Source: Cirrosporium novae-zelandiae (lineage: Eukaryota). Taken from it: a DNA stretch of 64,000 nucleotides. The notes below the pieces were generated by a model. The model saw nothing but the letters and a program-made list of their open reading frames with translations. It was not told the origin of the DNA and ran no database searches. Positions 49,891 to 63,041 of this stretch are shown here, piece by piece (the first letter of the stretch is position 1; every line of letters begins with the position of its first letter). The stretch is from assembly GCA_026023565.1 (NCBI GenBank), contig JAPETS010000016.1, positions 186,001 through 250,000 on the forward strand, read 5' to 3'. The position numbers were made by a program, and so were the translations under genes.

Positions 49891-51338
49891 TTATATTTTC
49901 CAACTATATGTGATTATGGGTTAGTTTCTTGGATTGGGGTTGATGGGTTGGGGTTATCAGAGGACAAGGCTTACCTCCAAGGATGTTCCTCGTCACCGTA
50001 TTGGATTGCGTCAATCCAATTCTTCATTCTCATTGCAATCTCCCCGGCTTCTTCTCCATCCTTTAATCCACAGTTGACCAGTTTACCGTTCCAGCTGATA
50101 TTCCTAACCGGGCTGACGGTAGCAGCAGTTCCAGCACCGAATGCTTCAATCAAACGTCCTTCCTTTGCGGCCTCGGAAACTTCACTCATGGTGTACTTGC
50201 GTTCGATAATCTCCCATCCTTCGGGTGCGAGACGTTCTCTGGCAAGTCCAAGGACGGAAAGACGTGTCACACCCTCCAGGATGGTGCCGTCCAGTGGTGC
50301 TGTTAGTAATTGCTTCTTGCCAGTCTTCTTGTCCTTGATCGCAACAAAGAAATTCATGGTTCCAACTTCTGTAACATAGCCTTCTTCACCAAACAGCCAC
50401 AGGTTCTGGTGGAAGCCCCGTTTTGCAGCCTCGATTTGAGGAACCACGCAAGGGGCATAGTTGGCTCCAAGTTTCTTGTCGCCCACACCACCGGGCCAGG
50501 CTCGTACGGCGGAGGTTGTGGCTTCGAGAGAGACAGCTTTGAAACCGGTGGGATAATAAGGACCAACGGGAGAGGCGATAAGGTAGAGGAGGGCGGAACC
50601 AGAAGGACCAACACCGAGGGTCCGTTGTGTTCCAATCATGGTCGGACGGAGGTAGAGTGAGTAACCGTGGGTTCTGGAGTGGGTGATTAGCTACTTCAGG
50701 TATAAAAGTCATCTCGATTGGAACCATACGCAGGGATGAAACGCTCCTCCAGTTTAACAAAACTAGAGATGAGTTTGATGAATTGACTTCCGTCAAAGTT
50801 GGGAAGAGCTATTCTGGCAGTGGATTTGTTCATCCGCTCCATATTCTTGTCCGGTCTAAATAATCTTATACCGCCTTTCTTATCTTTGTATGCTTTCATT
50901 CCCTCAAAGCACTCGAATGCATAATGGAAGACATTTGTAGCAGGATCGAGGCTTAGGTTTTGATATGGTGTTATGCGTGGTGCTAACCATCCTTCCTTTG
51001 CAGTCCATTCTACGGAGAGCATATGATCTATCGCCGCCAGCTCTTAGATAAATGTAGCCGATCCCGGAGGAGGCCTATAGCGCACCTGTGAAATTCCTCC
51101 CGAATACCAGCTCCTGCAAAGGTTTAAGCTCTTTGGGGGATGTTGTCTTTTCTATGGTGAGCTTTGAAGGATCAAGATCTGGAAGATTTGGTGCTGTAGA
51201 GGTTTTAGGAGCGCTGTAATATCGGCGCCCTGATTCGTAGGTGGTACATGCTGTGGTACATGCTGTCCAAAACCCTGGTCTGGTCAATTGAGATGATAAT
51301 TGATGCGGCAACCGCCTGGAAAGAATAGGAGACAACAT
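49891..51338 (-). CDS. BAT1: Branched-chain amino acid aminotransferase, mitochondrial type, multi-exon
   Basis: Presequence, LVFGRNFT/DHML, FHYAFECFEGMKAY, LYLRPTMIG, PLP-Lys motif KKLGANY, EVGTMN, FGAGTAA. Terminal mini-exon ..HPWSWKI*. Confidence 0.95.
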
Positions 51339-51775
51339 TGCTGGCTGGGACTAATTGAGGTCTCCACAATACCAGAAAGTGAAGGATAGAATATGAAGTT
51401 AAAGATGACTCGGAAATGTCAGTTAACTTTGAAATACAGTCAACATAACTGAGCTCTACGAGATCTTGTACTCTAACTTTCTGGGCGATAGCGGAGGACA
51501 AGAGCCCGATAGCGGCCGGAGAATTTATTTACCGCACAACGGAGCAGCCAATGATACATGGCATAATATAATACATAGCTACTCGAGTAGAAGCAACCAA
51601 TCAATTACTTAAGGAAATAATTCAATCCACCTTGGGCTCGTTAAACAAAATCATCATAACTTAAATACCCAGGCATGCTTTGAATAAAATCCCATTTTGC
51701 TTCAGACTTTGGGCTATATCTTATCATCAATTTTATCAATTCGCTTTAATCCTCCGAACCTCGGCCAGCTAGACC

Positions 51776-53138
51776 TTAGCAACATCCCCGATGCCTCAAA
51801 TTCTGATCATCACCACCTTCCTCCTGAACAGATGACTCCTCATATTTAACCAAGCACCCTTCTTCAACCTCCTCCTCGCCAACCCACTCCATCATTATAG
51901 TGGTATCCTGAACACCCTTGTCGTAAAATATTTCCCTGACTTGCCGCTGTTGCCCTACCATCTCTTCTCCGTTTGTTGCCTTGGTTCGGATATGTAGCGT
52001 TGCAAGGAGTTTTTTGGGTGTAAGATGGCGAATATGAATATGATGAACTTTTCCTAATCCTGGAATTTGTTCAATGCGTTGTTGGATTTCTGGCCCTAAT
52101 CCGACAAACTCTTCTGGTTGACTATCAAGAAGTAATATGGTTGTGTCCCTGACCAGTGGTAGTGTCATCCAGAATATTAACACTACAGTGACTAGACTCA
52201 TTGCAGGATCCACATAATATCTTCTGTCGTCTTTGCTAAACCAGATTATAGCAGAACCAACAATGATCCCAATGCTGGATATCAGGTCACTTAGAATGTG
52301 CCGTAGTAGAACCGAGACAGAATGGTCATGCCCACCATGGGAAGTTGGTATGTTCTTTGAGTGAGAGGCGTGTTCAAGTGTAAGACCTATTCTAGAACGT
52401 TAATGGCAGAAAAAGGCAATATAATTTAAGAAAGGAATAGAGCTTGCCGTGAAAACCAACCAAGAGTATGATATTCATAGCGAGAGCGGCACAGCCTACT
52501 ATGAGCATCATTTCCGGATCTTTTATGCCTGTAGATGCTCATCAAATTAGTAGAATTCCCAACTCACACATCAAAGTACGACCACAAGACCACATCTAGC
52601 TGAAAAGGGTGATGATGCGTACGCTCAATATTTACAAATCGTCCAAGAGCTTGCACGAAAATGCTTAATCCTAGCGCTAGTAGGAATACTCCATTTATAT
52701 GTGAGCCCAAGAGATCTGCACGTTGCCAGCCAAAGGTCAGAGTTGCGGGAGGATCTTTCTCGGATATGGATAACTAAGGTTTCCTATTGTAAGAGATTAT
52801 GAAGAAAAGTCCAAGGAAGTAGGAAAACGGACAGAATGGGTAATTAGTGCAATAATGAAAGCGACGAGATCGTTGAGCTGGTTTCCTCGAATATTTTAGT
52901 TTTCAAATTCCAACTATTGAGGGAGATGAGCTCCACGCACATAGTGGAATGCATCAGCTACAAGAGAAAGGCTTCTTGTTTTAATACCGGCTGTAGTAGG
53001 CGATTGTACTAAGTATAAGCCGGCTGTTGGATTGACAGAACATGCCGACTGACCATATATTTCAGCGACGAAGAAAGTGGTGCAAAGAGCAATAGCGACG
53101 TAAAGACGCTGCTGCTTGGTAGGTCTGGGAATAGGCAT
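51776..53138 (-). CDS. Cation diffusion facilitator (Zrc1/Cot1-like zinc transporter), multi-exon
   Basis: FFVAEI, SLSLVADAFHY/LND, TFGWQRADLLG, short His-rich loop, HILSD, YVDPAMSL, VHHIHIRHL, ATLHI. Confidence 0.87.
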
Positions 53139-53803
53139 GGTCGAGTCGAAACATTATAGACGAGTTAAATGATAATGGAAAGATAGTGATACAAATCAGG
53201 CAGGTTAGCCTCGTACGAAGCTGAAGCGGATTTCAGTTGTATACCTAGGTAGATAGACAGTAAGTTCAGGAGACAGAAAATGAGATGGATTTCCAAGAAA
53301 TCATAAACTTCATGTAGAAAGAGGAGCCTTTTAAAAGAAGGAGCAGGAAACAAAGGCAAATAATAAGTAGCAAACAGATATTAATCAGGTAAGGACCACA
53401 GGTAACCACTGCCAATATGGAATTGAAATGTAACGAAGGCCTCAGCGAAATCCCCATTGGGTAAAACCTAGCCTCACCTCGGGTCCAGCATCTAGGGAAT
53501 GAGGGGTGTTAAGATAGTAAATGTAAATCTAGGTAGATGACATATGTCAAGGCCAGGAATATTTGTGTAAAGTTGCCGGGAAACTGAAAAAGATGAATAG
53601 CGATGCTGTCCAGCTGTAAAGGTCCACCTGTCTACATATTGGTCCGTGCACACTCAACCCATCATCCCAATCCAGATCTTAAACACTGGCCCTCATCGCT
53701 ATCAACTCAAATAAAGATTCCTCTGTAAAGTGCAACATTACTTTCCAATCTACAAGTATCCTAGCTTACCCTTTTTAGTCTTGCTGAAATCTCCACTCCG
53801 AAT

Positions 53804-54445
53804 ATGCCTCCAGCTTCGCAGGCCGCCAAAGCCGTCGGCCGCGTCGTTCCTGTCCACAAAGTGCGTCCTTTCAATTCTCATACATACATCTCTCTAATTT
53901 ATTTCCATGATTAGAAATATACTCTCCAATCTACTGGAATATGGGAACGATTTCGTAGGGTCTTTGTTGTCGCCCCTGAACGTTCCAATGGTGTTCCTCT
54001 AAATCCCCAATTCCGAAATCCACCTCCCGGAGCTTTGGACGCCACCACTTATCATGACCCCATAACTATCCCCGCCGGTGACATCGCCGAAAATCCATAT
54101 TGGAAACGTGATGCTCGTCGTAACTATCCTAAGCTATCAGTCATGAAGCAAGGTGATGTAGCTGGACTATTAAGTGTCGGTTCGAAAGCACTACCACGAG
54201 AAGATGTCCCCCTCGTTGGAGAAGAAGGAGCAAAACAATTGATTGCCGTAGAAAAGGAGGGTCAAGAGAAGGGTCTGGCAGCACACTTTGTAAAAGATCC
54301 TGAGAGCGTGGAACGAATACTAGGACCCGACGGATTGCCCCCACTACCGGGGAGCTGGGGAGCGAAGGAGATGAAAAAGTATGAGTTGTTGGAAGAAGAA
54401 GAACAATCATTTCCGGATACTTATCCTTGCAGGAACTTTGTCTAG
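53804..54445 (+). CDS. Complex I accessory 21.3 kDa subunit (NUZM-type); intron 53861-53913
   Basis: VVPVHK/KYTLQSTGIWERFRR..PERSNGVPLNPQFRNPPPG..PAGDIAENPYWKRDARRNYPKLS, C-terminal YPCRNF. Confidence 0.88.
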
Positions 54446-55116
54446 ATGGGAGGAAATGAAGGTGGGTGTGATTGTACATACAAGTTTCCTTGGTTGAACG
54501 GCTTACTAGATGCCGGAATTGAAATATGTTACAACATTACTGCCATCAATGTGTTGACCTTACGGTATCCAACCCTTGTTAACCTCCTCAACAGGATCAG
54601 TATAATCAAGAGTAGTATGAAGCATTAATATAGCTTTCAGAATTAGATTGGATTCTTTTGTAGTTTCTAAAATCTACAGTGCATATGCCAAGGGACCAAT
54701 GTCCGCCATTGCTTAAAAGCGACATATGGACAATAAAATGAATCATATATCAAGGGCCACATTTAGTCCCCTTTAGCTTAGGCTAGACCTTGGTACTTAG
54801 GTTGCGCCCAATAGAATCTCTTTGGTTGTATATTCGACTGATCAATAAATGGTAGATTGTGAATAGATATAAACGCTTCAATACGGAAGTTGACTATTAA
54901 TTCATATATGGGTAAAGTATCAACGCAATAGCTATGCTATTAGATCCACATCTACAACCATATCGAATGTGAATCTTGGGTATAATATATGCAAAAAGTA
55001 ATCCACCGTTTTGGTCCGAAAACCAAAAACATATCTTCGTGTGAGCATGTCATAAACAAAACCTCTGAACCAAATTGTTGCCGCCCGGGTATTTGCATCT
55101 GATCTTGAATTCGTCA

Positions 55117-56271
55117 TCACATCAACCCACCAAGCACACACTTACCTACCCCCTTTATCTCCTCTCTAACGCCTTTCCGTTCAACCTCTTCAAACTCTCG
55201 GACCACTCCGCTAACAACCGCTTTTCTGACCCTTGCGTCAGCTTTCGCGAATACCTCCCCCACTACTGGGGTACACAGTACGGGACTCGCTACCAATTGT
55301 AGTAGTCTTGTGTATGTATCTATCAGAACATCACAGAGTGTACAGAAAACTTCGTGAAATGATAATGCAAAAGGTAATGTGGGTGTGAGAAGATGTGTAT
55401 ACGATTCTCCAGGGAGGAGCGGTGTGGGGTCTGCCAGTATGCCCACAGGAAAGTTTGTGGGAGGAGAAGTTGGAATATTTGGGGTTTGAATATCAGAGGG
55501 GCTGGTAGTCATGCCACCCGACTCTGGCATGGACGACAATGGGTGATTGGATTCGGAAGAATTGATTCCATTATGGATGCTCGTTCCCGCCGAGCTTGAT
55601 CGTCTTCCAGAGGGCCCACTGCCAGAACCTGCTCTTTTAAATAGTTGTAACTTTGTGCCCGCGCTACTTGCCAACTGCCTGGCACGTTCTCCGACAGCGC
55701 TTGTACCGCTAGAATTCTGAAAAGTGCTGTGGTGTAGTGACGTGTAGGCCTCAAACTCCACGAGGAGAGCATTGAGTGTCTTGAGATAATCTAATGGGCT
55801 CGCTGCATTGAGATCGAGAATTGTTGGAAGAGAAAGACCGAGAAGGAAGAGAGAATGAGTTATTCGCGGGGCACGTTGTGCCGAGTGCGAGGGTAGGAGG
55901 GCAATTGTGGAAGAAGACAAAGTCAGAGTATTGAAGTAGTGGATGTGGCCTTCGTGACTGAATATAGCGAGCAGTTAGATACGGTAGATGGATTACGTAG
56001 GGAGCAAGACATACGCTTTACGAAGATAGTCAAGAGTGGATATCCGTTTGGAAGCCATGTCATGTATATGTTGATAAATTACATTTCCCACCGAGGAATT
56101 CCCGTTAAAATTTATTTGTGTAGCATTTGGAGGAGGTGGAGGTGGAGGTGGCAGGCCAAATGCATTACCACTTGATGTGCCTGTACCAGTAGAAGACTTG
56201 GGATGGTGGTGTGAATGGGTATGATAGGATTCGGCAGAAGAGGATTGTTTCCGTGACATAGGAAAGGACAT
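55117..56271 (-). CDS. Conserved fungal protein of unknown function (2 exons)
   Basis: Spliced reading IYQHIHDMASKRISTLDYLRKA/HEGHIHYFNT, then YTHLLTPTLPF..FCTLCDVLIDTY..FAKADARVRK. GTATGT donor and CTAAC branch point. Confidence 0.8.
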
Positions 56272-57036
56272 TATGACGGACGAGATAGAAGCAAAAGATG
56301 TCTAGAGAAAGTATTAGCGCCTAGAACCAAGAGGTTGACATGAAGAAAGCAGAGAATCTACCTAGAGCTCCCGGGAGCGAATGAGCGATTGTTTGACGAT
56401 AATGCTATGCACGAAAGGGATGATTCATAGACGATGTGGAATAAAAGAGAGACCAGGAAAGATTGGATGTAAAGGATATTCTAGAAACTGACAAAAAAAG
56501 TGATGGAAGGAAATCTGATGCGGTCAGGGTAGAGTACAAGTCCAAGTATTGGTACTTGGTGGGCCTTGAGTTTCTGATACAAGGTTACCCAGTCCTTGGA
56601 GGTTTGAAGGACCACTGGTGCTGCAGGGAAATGACCCCTGATTCTGCCTTAGGTTGTTACGGTCGTCATTTCAATCGTCACTTAAGCTTTGTCAAGTAAC
56701 TGTGACACTGTAACACTGTGACACAGTAATGACCGTACACACAACGCTAAGACCCTTAAAACTTAGAATCCCTAGACGGATCAGGAAAAGACCCAGACGA
56801 ACTCTGTCTTCATTAATATCTTTCCATCGAACAATGCATTTAGTTCTTCTTGGCCTATGAAGAATCATGACGACATTGGCTAAATTCTTGTCCTATCCAC
56901 TCTACCACAGCACCTCCATGTACTTAATACCAATTTCAATTGATAATAACATCTATCCTTTTATTCTATACACAAAGTTTCTATCAATCTTCTATCCACC
57001 AACTATACAAAAGTAGCGACCTATGAAATACCGCAG

Positions 57037-58565
57037 TTATTTGGCCGAAGCCCTCTCTTCTTCTAGCCGTTTTGCCTCTTTCTCTAGTTCCTCTCGCCTG
57101 CGAACAGCTTCCTCACCGACAGCCTTTTCGCCTTTTACTCGTTGTCGCTCTTCAAATAGCTCTCGACTCTTTAATATGCGTTGCACAATTTCCCCAGCAT
57201 TTACGTGTTGATAGGTATGTATTCCAATCTCTTGGTAGATACCCATTTCCTTGGCAGCAACGTATGGATCATACGTCAGAGGCATAAAGGAGGTGGGACC
57301 ATGGTACACTGCAGAGGGGATGCCGTAGGGTAACGCGTGGAGGTAGGGTCTCGATGGGGAGAAAGGTGCGGAAAAGACCACGGCGTGAATATACTACAGG
57401 AATAAGTATCTATTACTGTTTCAGTGGAAAATTTACTTACTCGGCATTGAAGAACACATAATCCACGTTCAAAAATATTCATGATAGGATAGTTGACTCC
57501 TTTCCAATGATTGATGACATTATCATCATGAATACCAGCAAGGACAAATGCCGGACCATAGTCTTCACCATGCTCCTGAATTCTCTTTTGCTTGGCAGAA
57601 TCTTCATACCAGCCTCGTTTCCGACCAGCGTTTTCCTCTTCTCGGATTACGAGGCGCAGAAATTCAATATGCCCAGAAGAGAACAAATCAAACCCGCCAT
57701 CAACATAGACAACATGCTGGCCAGGCTTAGGGCCTTTTCCCTCTACAAGATGTTGCAGGGAACCGGCTTCAATATCATCATTATGTCTCATTGCGGCACC
57801 AGAGGCAACCCAAGACCAGACTTCAGGACCTCGTCCAAAGCCAGTTTCATCACTAGCGTAGTCGTGAATTCTCTGGGACATAATTTCGGCCTGTTTCTTT
57901 CGTTCTTCGGGATCCTCGGGGCCTTCCTCTCCAGCTAGGGTTTTTGCCAAAGACTTGATGAAGTGACTGCGCGTACAAAGCAGCATACGTCCCACAAGAT
58001 CAGTAGTAGAGATACCAGGCGTCCTTTTAAAAACACGAAAGCGACCAGCAGCTTTAACAAATCGGTAGCAATCTTCTCCATTACTATCCGAGGTAATGTC
58101 ATCTCCATGTGCAACATAATAACAGCCATAATGCGAAACCCAAGGCAAAGACGTTACATAGGGGGCGTGAGGGACAGACATGGTGGCAAAACGACAAGCA
58201 TCAACTGCAGCAACTCTCGAAGAAGCGGAATCCGTCAGTAATTTATGCTGTAGAGAAGAATTTGCCGAGCTCACCGTTCTTCTAATGACATGACTGTAGG
58301 TCCCTTGTTCACCAAAATTTCCTCATCAGAGTGGATTCCAACTACAAGCTGCTTTCCAAGACGTCTAGCCTGCAACAACGCTCCTGCATGACCTGTAGTA
58401 GTAGATGGTGGTTAGTACTAGGACATAATCTGGAGATAGTCCTACTATACCATGATGACTGAAATCGAAGCATCCATCAACCCACATTCTATCATTTAAT
58501 ATGGTCATATCATCTTGAGGATCAACGGGCCAATTGCCCTTGGTAGGAATTTCTACTTCGGCCAT
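57037..58565 (-). CDS. ECT1: Ethanolamine-phosphate cytidylyltransferase, multi-exon
   Basis: Two cytidylyltransferase domains: WVDGCFDFSHHGH, KRTPGISTTDLVGRML, YVDGGFDLFSSGHIEFL, NYPIMNIFERGLCVLQC. Confidence 0.93.
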
Positions 58566-59473
58566 TGTAAAAGGAGAAATGATGTCACTGCCTTAAATTG
58601 TATGGGAAAAGCGGTTTAGATTGTCGTATATAGGGAGTAACACAAGAACCAAATATAGTCGTAAATAAAAAGTTCTATTCAAAATGTTCAAAACTTGTCG
58701 TTACCATTCAATTGGGGTTTCTGCAATTGTACGGAGGATGCAGCTTAAAGGAGTAAAGTACCTTGTTGGCAATTTGCAGTTCTGAACTGAAAGTGGGACG
58801 ATAGTTGGAGCCTCGGCTCACTACGTAGGTAGTTAATGCAAGTAATTTCGTAATGATTGGCTTTCTGGACTGTCGGGATTCGGTCAATATTGATCCGATA
58901 TCGATAAGAACTTGGTATTTATGACATGACATGGACCATGGAATGTTATAAGTAGGAATATCTAGGAATATCTAGGAATATCTCATATCTCCGACTAGCT
59001 CCCTCCGTACCTCGGTATCCACTCGTCATCGGACACTTGTGCAATACAAAAGAATATTCCATCTTGATTTTCTCATCACCTGATTACTCTCACATCCAGT
59101 CCGGCGAGGCTCGGTAAACTGTGTTACTGTATTTCTGATTGCTTCTACTGTGACAGTACCCAGTGAGGATTAATAATTGGTTATGCTCTGTTGACTACGT
59201 CAAAAATGAAACCATTGATACGACGAAAGAGAATCCATTACAGTAGTGGGATGAAACGAAAACAAGAACCCACTGAGGCTAATGTACGACTAGAGGGAAC
59301 TTTTTTTTAGCTCCGCTTAACTCCAGCAAGGCCGTGTTGTGCATGAGAATGATATCTGCCAATTAACCATAAATACCCCAGAATCCGTTCAAGCAATTAT
59401 GAACATTAGTTAATTAGTCATTTAAATAATCTTGAGATTTGAATCATTCACATCAATAACAACACTAACAACA

Positions 59474-60490
59474 ATGGAGGGTTATAGCAAAGCTTGCTGC
59501 ACTTTGCCAGCCATAATTACCGACGATTATGAACCAAAAGGGACATATGAGAAGATCGCTGGCTTAAATACTTGTATGATATAACTATCGGTCCGAGAAC
59601 CCCCTTTGATATCAGTCCAACTTACTGAATGGCTCTCAATGCAGACATTACAGGCGATCAGTCCTCGAAAAAGGCCATTATCGATATCTACGATGCATTC
59701 GGCATCATGTCTCAAACTCTCCAGGGAGCAGATCTACTTGCAGCTGGTCTCAAAGCCATGGTCCTCGTTCCTGACTTCTTCAAGGGCGAACCATTACCTC
59801 TCAACATGGTTCCAATGGATACAGATGAGAAGAAGGCGGCTGGAGCCAAGTTCATATCAGAAAAGGCAGGAATTCCACAGAATATTGATATGCTCCTTAA
59901 AGTTACAACTGAGGCCAAGGAGAAGTGGTCGAATGTTGAGGCGTGGGGTGTCTTTGGACTCTGCTGGGGTGGAAAGGTTGGATTCCCTGCATCGTCATTC
60001 ATGTTTTGGATGAATTACTGACTTTGGCTTAGGTGGTTGCATTAGTCTCGGGATCGGGAACTCTATTTAAGGTTTCTGGGCAGGCACATCCTGCGTAAGT
60101 TCTGTCATCAATAATTATATAACTTTATTGCACCGTTTGGTGGATATTTGACTAATACTGTTGGATATAGCCGTTTAGCCAAAGAGGATGCAGAACAGAT
60201 GACAATACCCCACATCTGTCTATTTTCCCACGATGAACCTGCTGATCTCGTCAAGGAATACTCTGATGTTCTGAGTGCTAAGGATATCAACGAATTTGAA
60301 ACATATTCTACAATGCATCACGGATGGATGGGTGCGAGAGCAGATCTCAAGAATGAGGAGAATGCGAAAGAATATGAAAGAGGGTAAGAAACCTTTCTTT
60401 CTGATACATCTATAAAGTGGTTGATCTGATTTTGACTTATTGGGATACAGATATAACCAAGTGGTAAAATTCTTTGCGAAACACCTCTGA
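59474..60490 (+). CDS. Dienelactone hydrolase family alpha/beta hydrolase, multi-exon
   Basis: SKACCTLP, YEPKG, IDIYDAFG, VPDFF, nucleophile motif GLCWGGK, HP, MHHGWMGAR. Confidence 0.92.
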
Positions 60491-61512
60491 AGGTTTTGTT
60501 AGGACTTGTCTTCTAGCTATGCTGTAGCCCCCACTTTTGGATACTTGTGTCAAGAGAAGGGCAAGCAAATACCTAGATGCTGATGTTAAGGGACGGGCAA
60601 ACTGATACCTAAATACCTATTAGTCTCGAAGAAGCCACGTTCAAACCACTCCCATTTTTAGCTAACCATGAATCACAGCCTTGGATTAACCTCTGATCAA
60701 AGCACTGATTCCTTGGAAGAATAGACACTATTATTTTTCTGTATTCCTTTTGGGGCTGACTTTGAATTGGGACCGAGAATTGCCATGACGGTGAACTACC
60801 GAAGACACTCTACCTCTCCTATGCTCGTCCTTGTTCACCCTTGAAATCATCCTAGTAATTTCGTCAAACCACCAACCCTAAAATAGTAATACTCCTTCTC
60901 GGCGTATTCCGAGTAACGGTTAATATTTTCGGCAGCCTAGTCCCCATTGGAACCACCATGGCAAATAGTCTTCCACACTCTCATATCCATAGGATATATA
61001 ATAACTTACTCTGTAGTACTTACTAGTAGCCAAAGGCATAGTTTCACTTTCAGGGGTGAAGATGTCTCCAGCTAATACCAAAGGCCCACCCCCTTAACCA
61101 AAGTTGAGTCACCAGCTTACCAGCGGCTCAAGGCGGTTCATCCTTCAGTATATCAATTCTATATCAGCATATCAGAGAGATCGGAGTAGACATAGGTGAT
61201 GTGATAGTGCGCTACCTATCCTTATATGCATTAAGGTTTGAAATCCGGCATATATATTGCTATACGGGCATATAATCCGGGGAAATATGATTCATTCCTT
61301 GTGATGATAGCTCTGACACACTTCCCCAACTCCGTGTCCGCGCTCGCTCACCATGCTTCTATCTTCTATAAATAGTCTTTTCTCTACTCGAATTTCAATT
61401 GAATTCTTCATACTATCCTTCCTCTACTTCTAGATATATATGCCAGAAACTCCTTACCCCCACCAAGCAAACCTTACTCCTAACAACAAAAACACCCCAG
61501 ACTAACCTCACA

Positions 61513-62493
61513 ATGGCCACATCTACGCCCACATCTACACCCCTAAGCGCCCTCTCCTTCTCGCGCCTCACCAAAACCCTAAAAACAACACTCGATCCCA
61601 TCCCAGAAGCCTCGGACCCCTCCATCGCCTTAAAAAACACCACCACCTCACACATGATCTCCGCCACCTGGACCCTCACCTCAGGCTGGTCGGCCCTATC
61701 CCTCCACCCCACAGCCTCCGTATTTCACTACGCGACAACCTATTTCGAAGGTCTAAAATGCTACCGCAGCCCATACGACGGGCACGTGCGCCTCTTCCGC
61801 CCTCTCCTAAACTATCAACGCATGCAGAAATCCGCCGCGCGGGTAGCCCTTCCCGCAGACTTCGAACCGGAAGAATTCTTGAAACTAATCACGGAGCTCG
61901 TTGCCACAGACACGCCGCGATGGCTTCCAAAAACCGGCACGAGAAAGTTCCTGTATATTCGTCCCACGCTGATCGGATCGGGTGCGGGTCTCGGCGTCGA
62001 TGCTCCTAAGGAGGCAACACTCTTCATAATTCTAACCCTAATACCGTAAATAGACCAGCACGCCATTAACACCACCCTAATCCCAACTCCAACTTCAACT
62101 CTCGGAGGACGACCCCAAGAAGACCCCCCCCCCCCACCACCACCACCACAACCCCAAACCGGAATCCGTCTAATAACCAGCTCCCCTAACAGCATCCGCA
62201 CCTAGCCCAACGGTTTCGGCGCCTCAAAACTAGGCGCAAACTACGGTCCCAGCCTATCCACCCAACGCTCCGCCCATCTCTCAGGCTTCGACATCGTGCT
62301 CTAGCTCCTCGGCCCCTCAAACCAAATAACCGAAGCCAGCTCCAGCAATTTCTTCCTCGTCTGGACGTCCGCCCAAACCGGGCAATTGGAACTCGTCACC
62401 GCTCCATTAACTGATGGGGTGATTTTGGATGGGATTACGAGGAGGAGTGTGTTGGAACTTGCGAGGGAGAGGTTAGGGGGGGAGGGAGGTTGA
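61513..62493 (+). pseudogene. Branched-chain aminotransferase-like pseudogene (intronless, 3'-truncated)
   Basis: One frame reads [76 protein letters not shown]. Stops at 62047, 62203, 62302, then TGA at 62491 before the EAFGAGTA region. Confidence 0.9.
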
Positions 62494-62998
62494 GGGAGGT
62501 AGGGTATGGGGAACAGAAGATACGGTAAGTAGATCACATTGCTAAACCTCTTACTTTATACCCAGCCCTTGCAATTAGCCCTCCCTCTCTTTTTTTTTTT
62601 TCTTATTAATTTAGTCTATACAATCAGTATCTTCAAAAGAATATTCCATTCCATTCCATCCCCTCCTCCTCCCTAGTGAGGGTGGGAGTGATAATATTGT
62701 AGAAAGGACGAGAAAAATAGTTAAGAGATATTATGGAGGGTGGGGGAGAAGCATGAATGGGGAGTTATGGTTGTGGTTGTGGAAAAGAAAGGGGAGGGGA
62801 AAGGGAATTGAGCGTGAGCGTGAGCGTGAGTGTGAGTGTGGGGATCTTGACTGTAAGGGGTGGAGGGTGGAAGTAAGCAGGCCAAGGAAGATAAAAAATT
62901 AACAGATCACATAGCTAAACTTTGCATCTATCTAGTTTTTTCTCTATTAATTAATTAATTAATTAAAAGATTAGAGAAGATAAAATTGGAAGGTTTTT

Positions 62999-63001
<3 letters not shown>

Positions 63002-63037
<36 letters not shown>
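63002..63037 (+). repeat. (GA)18 microsatellite in the low-complexity island 62500-64000
   Basis: Perfect GA run, with (TTAA)n, (GAGCGT)n and (AATAC)n runs nearby. Confidence 0.95.

Positions 63038-63041
<4 letters not shown>

Noticed and set aside
10469..62304. TAG reassignment or read-through as the explanation for in-frame TAGs
   Set aside because: Intact genes here (I9 inhibitor, GLT1, complex I subunit) end in TAG. The BCAT copy also has a TAA, a deletion and a truncation.
23740..62493. GLT1, BAT1 and the BCAT pseudogene as a nitrogen-metabolism gene cluster
   Set aside because: They are separated by unrelated housekeeping genes, with no shared regulator or backbone enzyme visible.
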